Assembly: GCA_946965045.2 (NCBI GenBank)
Contig: OX337236.1
Span: 868,001 to 932,000, forward strand
DNA: 64,000 nt
DNA from: Epithemia pelagica
Lineage: Eukaryota; Protista; Bacillariophyta
Direction: 5' to 3'
The position numbers and the translations under genes were made by a program. The notes beneath the pieces are model-generated. The model was not told the DNA's origin and made no database searches. It saw nothing but the letters and a program-made list of their open reading frames with translations. This document shows positions 28,751-39,082 of this stretch, one piece after another. How positions within the stretch are numbered: the first letter of the stretch is position 1; each line of letters begins with the position of its first letter.

Positions 28751-29203
28751 ATAGAGACGCCAAGTCTTCGCGAAAGTCCCACGCTTCAGATTCGCTCATT
28801 GTTGAAACGCATTTCAAGTAAGTAAGGAGTCATGGAGTTGCATACTGTTTTCAATCATGCCACATGCCACTGTGAACTGAGAAAGCAAGATCTTGGATCT
28901 TGGATCTTGGATTTTCTCGTGGGTTCTCGCTTGATCGTCGCGACGCGCGCGATCTTTTCTCTACACGTCTAAGTGTGTCGCACTTCTGTCGCTTTTCTAG
29001 AACTTTCCCCCCTTTTTTTCTGCAAAGGGTTCACAAATTTCACATTTGGGGACCCCGATCGTGGCACGTCGTGAAGGGGCACCCTTTTTGGACGACCATG
29101 AAGGTCCTTCCATCTTTCGTTCTGTCTCTGATCTTCATTTCCGTCATAGCTCTTCGACCTGTCTAATCCAGAAACGCAAGGAACTGATTGCCTGGTTGTG
29201 GGG

Positions 29204-30130
29204 ATGAACTTTCAACTGAACCTTCCTGGCAAAAAGAAGGGCAAATCGAAAAAAACGTTGGCTGGTCTGAATCGTCGGGACGGCCACAAGACACCCAAGA
29301 ATGTGTTTGGCGCAGGTGATTCGGATGACGATGACGAGGTTCACCTCAGTAAAAGTACTTCAGGTTCATCCTATCGGGACAACGTGAACCGTGCTATAAA
29401 AAAAGAGCAAGACGCCATGAGAAAGCGAGCAGAACAAAGCATGAAGAGAGCAGCGCAAAGTCAAGAAGGAACGTCAATCTACGACTACGATGGGAGCTTT
29501 GAGTCCTTTAGTAGTCAGCAGCAAAGCACCAAGCCAAAGAAAGATTCCAATGGGGACAATGACAAGAAAGAAAGTCGATACATGAGTGAACTTCTAAAGG
29601 CTGCAAAGGAACGAAACTACGAACGCGACATTGCCTACGAACGGAAAATGGCACGTGAATTGAAATCAGAAGAAGAGGCCAATATCGAGTTACAGGCCAA
29701 AGATAAATTTATCACTGCCGGATATAAGAGAAAGTTAGAGGAACGACAGCTATGGAAAGAAAGTCGAGAGAAGCAGGACAAGGAAGAGACCAAGAAAGGT
29801 AATGCAATTGCCAACTTTTATGGGAACCTTTCGAAAAATGTTGCCATGGGAGGTTCTGCAGAGGTTGGAGGAAAAGAACCTCCGTCAGGACAAACTGAAA
29901 ACTCTAATCACGTGGATGGAACTCGCAGTTTCATGGACGGGTTTGAACGTTCTAAAGTTGCGAATGACATCGCAACAAACGAATCGACTCAATCGGCGAG
30001 AGCGAAAGATACTGAAACCACTTATATTGACCCAGAACAGTTGAGAAGTGAGAGAAGGAGACTGAGAGACGAAAAAGTTGCACAAGCAAGGGAGCGTTAC
30101 TTTAAACGTCATCCAATAACATCCGATTGA
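29204..30130 (+). CDS. NSRP1: nuclear speckle splicing regulatory protein 1-like (DUF2040/CCDC55)
   Basis: IYDYDG, KESRYMSELLKAAKERNYERDIAYERKMARE, KDKFITAGYKRKLEER, and C-terminal AQARERYFKR. Confidence 0.85.
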   Translation: MNFQLNLPGKKKGKSKKTLAGLNRRDGHKTPKNVFGAGDSDDDDEVHLSKSTSGSSYRDNVNRAIKKEQDAMRKRAEQSMKRAAQSQEGTSIYDYDGSFESFSSQQQSTKPKKDSNGDNDKKESRYMSELLKAAKERNYERDIAYERKMARELKSEEEANIELQAKDKFITAGYKRKLEERQLWKESREKQDKEETKKGNAIANFYGNLSKNVAMGGSAEVGGKEPPSGQTENSNHVDGTRSFMDGFERSKVANDIATNESTQSARAKDTETTYIDPEQLRSERRRLRDEKVAQARERYFKRHPITSD

Positions 30131-30316
30131 TCCACATTGGCTTCAGCCATGTGTGTCGCATAGCTGCAAGGTGAATGTTTCTCTTCTTCGTCACAGACAG
30201 GCAACTCGTCATCAACTCGAGAGTAAAACCACAAGAATGGACACTTGCGATTGTGTATTTCTAATTGTTCCTCTAGAAAATTGCTTCTGTGATTTCAGAC
30301 CAATCACCGGGTGACC

Positions 30317-30937
30317 CTAGAAAGTGGTTCCATCCTGTGGTTGACGCAGTCTTCGATTTTGATCGCTACACATCTCCATTCGAATGGACTGGAGCACTTG
30401 CTCAATTCCCATATTCCGGTTCCAGTTGCGCATAGCTGGTACTTTGTTTGGATTTACTTTTCCTGATTTGCCGTCAACGCATCCCATATTGATTTTGGAA
30501 ACAAAACGCACATCCGGTGGGACAGCAGGATATTTTGAGGGGCAATGAATTCGAAGTTCGTAGAAGCGATCCGCAAACATGGTCTGGATTTCAGAATAAG
30601 AAACAAATGCCAACGTGGTGGTTCCAATAGGTCATTGTAGGGCATGAAAATAACAGAAGCCAACATTGTGGTTTATGGCGCACGTAAAGAAATACGAAGA
30701 ATTTCAGCTTTGTGTGAGCGTACTGAACAATAATCCCTCATCAGCTGAAAAATGTTCACTCACTGCCGGTGGACCCAATATGCCACCATTCCATTCTGTC
30801 AAAAAGGTATCCCCAGAATCGACGAGTCCGAATGATATGCACATATCACCATGACCCTTCTCACTTTTTTCCAGTTCTTCAAGAAGTTTGAAGTTACGAG
30901 GGACTATGACGACCTCGCCTGCAGGGGTTTTCTTCAT
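30317..30937 (-). CDS. UEV1: ubiquitin-conjugating enzyme E2 variant (UEV1/MMS2); exons 30937-30764 and 30583-30317 (146 aa)
   Basis: VPRNFKLLEELEKSEKG, WNGGILGPP, YELRIHCPSKYPAVPPDVRFVSKINM. The intron GTGAGT..ATCCAG (30763-30584) is in frame, and there is no catalytic Cys motif. Confidence 0.93.
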
Positions 30938-31452
30938 CGTTTCTCGCAGTTGTGGTTGTCCTTTCTGTCGATGAATTAACGGGGCCCTCTCACCTCTCCT
31001 TTCTCAATGCTCGAATACTGCGGTTTTCGCTGCGGTGGCTCGAGTCTTCCAGAATCGCGCGGATTCCGATGACTCCCTAGCTGTTCCCTCAGTCAAAGCT
31101 CATAGAATCTTCAGGGGTAAGGCCTAACAGTGGCGCGGAAGCGTGTGCCCAAACTACCGGTAAGTATTACTCCTACGGCATAATAGTAAGCCTCATAATA
31201 TAGGAGTAGGAGTAGATTATAGGAGTAGGACGCAAGTAGAGACTATTGTGGGTCTATGCTCTTTCTAGACGTGCCGCTAAAAGCTGAAAGGAAGCTCCAC
31301 CCAGGTTAACGACGGAAAATGTGAGTCGTTTCAAGCATCCTGACATAATAGGACGGGTATGCTGCATGTTGTATAGGTACCGAAGTTTCCCTCTCATTCT
31401 TGGAATATATAGACTTGCTCGAAGACTCGATTCGAAATTTAGATGTGAACGC

Positions 31453-34400
31453 TTACTTTTTTGTCTTTTGAGTGGTAGAAGAGCTCTCAAACTTGCAAAC
31501 TCTTGCTTGACCATTTTTATCCAAAATGTTTAACCAATCTTCCTGTCGACCGTCTAGTCGATCGTTTGAACTCTTGACTTCAACCATCATGCATTCGGGA
31601 ACAATCTCCTTGCCGTTGTAACAAAGCTCGAGTCTGTCTGGAAGATCTACGGCAGATAGTCGCAACGAAGCTCCGTTAACTTGTTCGTTGGTACCACTGC
31701 TTTGCTGGGGTCGTCTATTCCAGTTGTTTCCTCGACCGGCACTTCTCCCACCTCCCACTCCAGAATCCCCCACTTTGCTACATCCAAGAAACTCTTCGTC
31801 AGAAACCATTGTAACCACACGGAGGACCTCCTGTTCTTCTTGACTTGCTTTGCTTAACGATTCTCCGACCCAATCAGAAAGATCAACAAGAGTCGTACTT
31901 TTCTTGGAGGAAGATCCATAGAATGCACGAACCAGCAACAAGTCAGGAAGCCCACCGCTGTAATGGCGGTAGTCGAAGAGCAAACAACGAAATATGACAG
32001 CCAGCTGCCTACCACCGCATCCAGCCGCTATAAGCGAAAGAGTGCGTAGATTTGCCATGTCACGTTCAAGCAACGGATCTCGTTTGTCGGTCTGGGTTGC
32101 ATACAACAAACGAGATGATATAGCGTCATGCACGGAATTACATACTTCTTGCGGCGAACAAGTTGCCAGCTCAGACAAGTATTCTCCGATCTCTTGTCTT
32201 CTGCGGTGATAAAAGCATGGAAGGGGATATTTCTGTTCGCCATGTTGATGATCGCTTTGAAGGGAAAATCCAACATGAAGATCGAATGGCGCACCTTGGT
32301 ATGGACTAAGATGAACTGTGTCCGTTTCCGAACCCGATAAGTTGTTCGGGCAAGAACAGCCCCAATTGATTCCCATGAGTGGAGCACTACACAAAATTCG
32401 AAAAAGTGCCCGTATATGCCCTCCCTCATCGTGCCATCCAATCCATCCACCCTGGCTGTTAGCTCCATCGTCTTTCTCAGGATGGCACACTGGAAGGCGC
32501 CCAATGTGGTAATGTTCCATCGCCAATTGCTCCACGTTCAGAGAGGAATCATCGTGACCAATGTATGAGCACCTAAAACCAGGTCCCTGTGAGGCATCGA
32601 TTGCCTTGTCGCTGACAAGGGCGTTGGCGACCGCCATGTCGGTGACGGGAGTCCAGTCGGAGTATCGCTTGTCGTCGACAGCGTCCTCAACCTTTTCGTC
32701 AGTGCTCCCAAGTCGAAGACCCAGTTCATTGGCTTCAAGGCAGAACTTTGTGCTGCTTAGCGATGTTGTCAAAGGCTGTTTGAGTCGACGCGCAAGACTC
32801 CGAATAGAGGAGAAGCTCACTTGACTAGTGGGAACAAAAGCATGAAGGATTTTCCGGCACCATGAAGAGAGAATGGAAGCGGAAGTGTCCCGGTCTTTCT
32901 TCAGCATGGCCCGAACGTCCTTGCTGTTTCCTTCTTGATGGCAAATACTGTGGTTTCTATGTTGCCGATCCAAGTGGGTCTGGTCAATCATGAGACGATC
33001 TAAAGCTTTCCCCCTTGCCCGCCGAGAAAGCAAAACAATAGCCATGGGGTGGCATGCGATTTCACTCGTTGCGTTTTCTTCACCCTCGGAATCAAGATCA
33101 CACTGAGTTGATCCAAACAAAAGAACTTGGAGAGCATGAACGGCGAGTTTATACAATTCGAGTCGTTCGATGTATGGGATAATATCCCATAGGATATAGG
33201 CTAGGCATCCTTCCCACCACATGTGTCGAAGCCATGGCTTGGTGGACATTCTTGTCACCTCGTCCGATCGAATCGTGCCCAAACGTGCTTGCAATAAATG
33301 AATGATCGCGATTGCCAGAGTGACAAGAATTTTTTCGCACTCGGTGTGAATCGGTATATGTGAAAGCTGGTAGAGGTCGTGGTTGACATTCCTCCGCACC
33401 GCGATGGTAAGTGACAGTACATCCTCCGGACTGAGATCAAAAGCGGCGAGAAATGTGCTCAATAAAGAGTCCAGTCCAGCTTTCGTTTGAATATTGAGAA
33501 AGTCAAGACTCTCATGAGACGCCTCGTCTGAGACATTGGCTTTGGGTTCAGCTCTGACGTTGTTATTAGCCTGCGCAGCTTTGAGGCGACGTTCGCGTTG
33601 TCGTGATTCGTACCTCATGAGTTCGTGCAGCTCAATCCAATAATCAACATTCGCACGCCTTCCATCATGAAAAGAAAAACCCAGTCAGTAAAAATACCAA
33701 CAAGTGTAATGTAGCAAGCGGCACAATATGATGGAACTTACAGGTCCGCGCAAAGCTCCCACGCACGAAAGGAAGCGACAGAGTGAAACACTTCACAAGT
33801 TTGACCACGGTTGGAAGCCATGATTGGTTTGTAGGCACCACGAAATAAGGCCGATGCCAACCCAAAACGAACCATTGATCCAGGATACACCACTTGACTG
33901 AAGGTATGTTCTCCAGGTGGCTTGATTTTATCGCTCAAGGGAAATGTTCTCAACGTCTCGTTGTTGCTGTGGTCGTCATCACGACGACGACTATACACAT
34001 CCAAAAGACTTTTCCATCCGTTTGAATCATCACTTCGCATCTCCCCTGGTCCACTCGTGGCGCACAAGTAGAGTCGACAACATCGACGCAAAGTTCTCGT
34101 GGGACTTTCTCGTAACCTCCAGCACGCATGCGAAGAACAGGACAAGGTGGGGTTGGTATGAGACAAACCACTCTGTGCCACCAATTCGCGCAGTTGCCGC
34201 AAAATATTGCCGCTGTATTCTTTTCGAACAGAACTTGGAACATAGCCGGCAGGTCCCATGGTGGAAGGAGATATTCCACAGCATAACTTTAATATGTCTA
34301 AGGCAATTTTGTCCAGCAGTAGGGCATTGACATGCTTTACGACAGGAAGAAGCTGTTGCGATCTTCCTTTCCAATTAGCTTTTGAACACCCCTTGCTATT

Positions 34401-36335
34401 GCGATTGTTCATGGACACCAAGATGGATTGTTGTTGATTCATCTGTCTCCATACTTGATTCTTTGTAGTTCTCATGCGACTGTTGTTGAGGTTGTTGTTC
34501 GTATTGTTGATTGACGTGTTGCTTTTACCCCTTGCTTGTTTCATTCCCAGTTTTTCCAGAAGTGAGCTCCTCATATCACTCGTCAGAACCGATAGACCCA
34601 CGGTCCGACCACATTCTTCTTCCCCATCGAACGATCGTATCAAACCGGACGATGCCAGCTGGTTCAAATCTCGAAACATTTTTTCTGCTTGAGCCAAGTG
34701 GAGAGCTAACAAATTCATATTGGGTACCACTTTTCGAGTACTGCGATTCTTCATACTGTCGTTGTTGTCCTTGTCTTCCAACGAATCAGATTCCCTGGAT
34801 GCAAACGTGTTTGTACCCCTGTCTTGCTCTTGCTTCTCGCTCGTCTCCTCCGCGTCAGCCAAAGCGTCCTTGGGTCTGTAATATCGTTCGTAGATATCAT
34901 CAATACGAAACCAGGGTCCCCGGCGATAGAACAAACGACAGTATAAATGTAGCCATCGAATGGCATCATCGTGCTCCATGGTTTCGCCATCTTCCGAGTG
35001 TGATTCTGCTGCGAGCCGCATCTTACGAGGGACCTTTTGGTGTTGGGGCGGTGGATCCTCCGAATTCGTACAACAGTTGTCCGTCTTGAATGGTTGAGGA
35101 GGTTCCTGCTTGTTTCGACAACGACGACGACGACACAGCAAACAAGTACAAGAAGAATCCAGGGTTGGTACTGCAATTGGACGGTACAGGCGCTGGAGGA
35201 ACAGGACAGCAGTCAAATCGTCGCCTCTATCCCATGCCATTAATTGAGTCGATCCACCCACCCTCCACCGAGCATCGTTGGAAATGGTAAAGGCAATCTC
35301 GGCCAGTGTTTGTATATATGCGGACTGGACCAGAGGGAAACGGCAAGGACGATTGACGGTGGAAGCCTTGGGGTCTGTGTCCTGTCCTACCACTTCTTCT
35401 CCGTCTTGTGGAACCAACGAGTCATGATTCAGACCGAGGGCGGAAGCGGCATCCAATAAAGGTGAGGATTCTTTGCCTTGTTGAGGGATGCCCAAGAGTG
35501 GATGCGTCGTACTTGTGGAATACTGTGGTGGTGGAGGAAAGTCCAGCAGTGCGCCAGACACGACTTTTTTCATCACTTTGGTGGAACCATGCTGTTTCGT
35601 CGTTGATTGCATAGTCGCATCTCTCGTTCTTTCACATGCGTCTACGGTCGCTCCATTAACACATTGTGGTTTGTCCTTGAAAGGCTCAGGAGGAGGCCCC
35701 ATTGGAGTATTCGAGGGTGGACGTTGTCGTCGTGACGGTGAGGGAGGAAGTGTCCACATAAACTGCACTTCGTCGTCGTCGTCGTCCTCCGCCTGAGAGT
35801 CAGTCTGTTGAGAACCTGCTCTCTCGTTCAGTGCTGTTGTTGTTGTTGTAGTCGAATCCGTAGAGTTGTCCGGACCGCCTCCATTCGTTGTGGTGGTTTG
35901 GCTGTTGGCATCAAATAATTCAAAACTGGAACGATCCAAGGAAACTCGAGCCGGTTTGGGGATGGGATCCTTGTTCGTGCGACGCGAGCACTGTTGCTTT
36001 TTGGAAGAATCCCGAGGAGGAGGTGCATGAGGTTCCTCGGCCACCTCGGATGGAGCTTCTCGATGCACCAAGTGTTGAGGTACCCACTCCAACTCCAATG
36101 ACGAAGCCCATTGAATCAAGCATTGATGTTCATGAGAGACGGACTCTTCACCATCAGCATCTTGAACGAGAAATGCCGCATACCGGGTTTCCGTTGTGCG
36201 TTTTCGTTTTCCCTTGACGGATGCTGCTCTACGTTTCACCCATACCTTGGGAAGCGACGGCAATTCTTCAAGATCCTCTTTGTGGTTGTTGTTCTGTGGT
36301 GTGGATGATGATGGTTCAGCAAACGGGTGCTCCAT
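31453..36335 (-). CDS. FAN1: Fanconi-associated nuclease 1-like protein (VRR-NUC); exons 36335-33742 and 33658-31453 (1,599 aa)
   Basis: HDEGG, YSGGLPDLLL and MVEVKSSNDRLDGRQEDWL (PD-(D/E)xK VRR-NUC). The intron GTAAGT..GGAAG (33741-33659) joins ADL to RANVDYW in frame. Confidence 0.88.
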
Positions 36336-36515
36336 TTTATTTTTTTATGGTGGGGGTGTGCCTCCATGCTTTTGTCTTCCAAGTGCGCGCGTCCGCGCGC
36401 GTGTCGGGCTGTGCCTGGGGGCACCCCCAAACTCTGACCAACGAAAGTAACAAAATTCCTGAATCTTTTTCCATTTCTGACATTTTTCTCGAAACATCTG
36501 CATTTTCAGACCAGA

Positions 36516-37316
36516 ATGATTCTTGCGGAAACGACAATGATGAAGAAAACAACTTCCCTCTTCAGACCGTTTGTCGGAGCAATAAGATATACATCTCGAC
36601 AGAGATGCATCGGCCACAGAGATTCTCTGCTTGGCATAGAATGGACACGATGGGGCGGTGAAATGTCACTCAAGAGAAGCTTGACCACGAATGATTCCGC
36701 GAATCGTACAACGAATGAGCCGTCCGACAGTTCAATCACAACGAATGCCTTTCATATTCTGGGCATTCCACAATCGTTTGAGATCGATGCCAAGGAGCTC
36801 AAGCAAAAATATCTTGCTCTCATGAACCAACATCATCCAGATCATCAACAACACCAAACTAGTTCAGACGTGGAGGCAACCGCCACAACGGCATCGACCA
36901 TTACGCATGCCTACGAACAACTCTTGAACCCACACCGTCGAGCGGTTCATTTACTCGAAGTCTTGGGGAAACCACTGTTGGAGGGCGAAAGCAATCACCC
37001 CAACAAGCACAGCAAGAGGGACGCATCTTCTCCCGTTGTGGACATGGAATTCTTATCGCAGGTTATGGAAATCCGGGAACAAATTGATCACACACTCAAC
37101 CGTGAAAACCCAGAGGAAGAGGATGGAGCGCTGCTGGATGCCGCCCTCAAGCCTCTGTGGCATGAGAACAATGCCAGGATCCATGAAACATGTCATGCGT
37201 TGCAACAAGCCTTTCAACAAGGTGATTTGGATCAGGCCCTTCGACTCACGGGACATTTGCAATACTGGAATCGCATCGATGAAACAATACGAGAGAATCT
37301 GTCATCCCTCAACTAA
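36516..37316 (+). CDS. HSCB: Fe-S cluster co-chaperone HscB/Hsc20 (Jac1), mitochondrial
   Basis: J domain NAFHILGIPQSFEIDAKELKQKYLALMNQHHPD, AYEQLLNPHRRAVHLL, and C-terminal DMEFLSQVMEIRE..LQYWNRI. The presequence is Arg/Thr/Ser-rich. Confidence 0.9.
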   Translation: MILAETTMMKKTTSLFRPFVGAIRYTSRQRCIGHRDSLLGIEWTRWGGEMSLKRSLTTNDSANRTTNEPSDSSITTNAFHILGIPQSFEIDAKELKQKYLALMNQHHPDHQQHQTSSDVEATATTASTITHAYEQLLNPHRRAVHLLEVLGKPLLEGESNHPNKHSKRDASSPVVDMEFLSQVMEIREQIDHTLNRENPEEEDGALLDAALKPLWHENNARIHETCHALQQAFQQGDLDQALRLTGHLQYWNRIDETIRENLSSLN

Positions 37317-37422
37317 TAGGGCACGAACAAGGATACAAAATTCAATACACCAGCATGTTCTGTGTTCTTCCACGTTGAAAACTTTTGTCTTGTAATGGGA
37401 GCTGATGACAAAATCGATACGC

Positions 37423-38196
37423 TCACTGCACACTCGCTCTTCCCCGGAATTGAAAGAAACTCTTGAGGCCGTGACCAAGGCCATTAGCTTCTCTTTTATG
37501 TCCTCGTTTTTGCTTGCGTCTGCGTTGCCGTTCTTCTCGTCGTGCGGCCTGGTCCACATTATCATTCTTGCTGGCCATGCGAGATTTTTGGATCTGAAAC
37601 ATTTCCACTTGAACCTTGGTCAGACTTTCGCGGGTGTGGTTCCGTCGTGCAATTTCTTCCCGGGCAAACATGTCCAACCGTCTCAAGCCGGGTTCTTGTC
37701 GTTGCTCGTATTCGCTCTTTTCTCGTTGCCGTTCTTGAAATGCGGCAAGGTCAATCTCCTCCGAATCATCGACTTCCCACGCCAACATGACTGGCAAACC
37801 TCGAGCGGATGGATGATCACCCAGAGTCATTCGATGTTTATGAACACGGACCGAACCAAATTGGACCGAACCACTTTCCTCATGTTGCGTGGAATCCGAA
37901 CTACTATCCAACGATGATCGACTGGAATCTTGGACAGTCAGGTTGTCGTCATCACTGAGTGGATCCGTCAAGCCACTCCTACTCGACATGTTGTCATGCG
38001 CATTGGACTTGACATACCCCACTGCTGCGATGGAATCACGCGGAATCAACTTTCCAAACGGCCGAATTGGAACGTCTCGTTCATTGTCATCATCATCATC
38101 TGGTACAGTACAAGATTGTTTGTCGAAAACGTTTGTCGCTTCCGTCGACTTGGGTTGTTCCGTATTACAGAGCATCGTTCCCACTGTCCGAATCAA
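37423..38196 (-). CDS. diatom-type protein of unknown function (257 aa)
   Basis: Contains VQFGSVRVHKHRMTLGDHPSARGLPVMLAW, which resembles the V.F..V.(I/V)...LGD(N/H)PS..G.P..L.W motif of a family expanded in diatoms. Confidence 0.7.
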   Translation of the reverse strand: MIRTVGTMLCNTEQPKSTEATNVFDKQSCTVPDDDDDNERDVPIRPFGKLIPRDSIAAVGYVKSNAHDNMSSRSGLTDPLSDDDNLTVQDSSRSSLDSSSDSTQHEESGSVQFGSVRVHKHRMTLGDHPSARGLPVMLAWEVDDSEEIDLAAFQERQREKSEYEQRQEPGLRRLDMFAREEIARRNHTRESLTKVQVEMFQIQKSRMASKNDNVDQAARREERQRRRKQKRGHKREANGLGHGLKSFFQFRGRASVQ

Positions 38197-38502
38197 TGAG
38201 CAAGGTACAAACTACCGTAGGACCTTGGTGTGATGTTTTGTGTTGTGTATGATCCTTTGTCGAGAGTCTTACGGGGGGGAATACTCCTAGGAAAAAATGG
38301 AGGAACCCATGAGAATGAGAACCCATGAGATCAGGTATCAGGTAGCCATATTACCGGGAGTAGATGTCGTTCCTGGGAAGTGTGATTGGAAGAGAACCCA
38401 TCTTCGGTATCTGAGCCGTGAACTCCCAAGAGAATATTAATGACATTTACCCCCAAAACTAAACCTCATCGCCACAACATGCTACAGAAGTCAACCGTTG
38501 AG

Positions 38503-38643
38503 TGGCTATCGCCACTTCAGTTGCGTGCTACCTCAACCGTCCTTGGCTTGTGATAGAAGATAGCTAGACGAGTAGCTGGTGTTGGGCGAAATACTCCTAG
38601 TTTTCTAGGAGCCCAAACCTTGCTACCGTGCTAGCGGAAAGCC
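38503..38643 (-). repeat. split direct repeat B2 (141 bp)
   Basis: Matches 38801-38935 except for 6 extra bases (GAAATACTCCTAGTTTT versus GAAATAGTTTT). Confidence 0.95.
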
Positions 38644-38658
38644 AGGGCGGGTAGGGCG

Positions 38659-38801
38659 GGTTAATCTATTCTATTCCGAACGGTCTCTCGTGACGGCAAG
38701 AAAAGAATGAGACTTGGCTCTGTGCGATGTGTGTGACACCCGGGTTGCTTTGCTGGACGGGCACGCGCGTCGTCCGTCAATCGTCCGCACGCAACAACAA
38801 T
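38659..38801 (-). repeat. split direct repeat A2 (143 bp)
   Basis: Identical by eye to 44539-44681 (offset 5880). Confidence 0.95.
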
Positions 38802-38935
38802 GGCTATCGCCACTTCAGTTGCGTGCTACCTCAACCGTCCTTGGCTTGTGATAGAAGATAGCTAGACGAGTAGCTGGTGTTGGGCGAAATAGTTTTCTAG
38901 GAGCCCAAACCTTGCTACCGTGCTAGCGGAAAGCC
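38801..38935 (-). repeat. split direct repeat B1 (135 bp)
   Basis: Matches 38503-38643 and shares one T with A2 at the junction. Confidence 0.95.
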
Positions 38936-39082
38936 CACTTCTTGGTGGGCCAAGATAGTGACGGGTGGGACGGGTGACATCGGAGGTGTGGGAGATTGTA
39001 GAGAATGAGTGGGGAATTTGGATGGGAAATAGAAATGGGTATGGGGAGGGTTGGTGCCGTAGGAGTAGGTATGGAACTCGGG

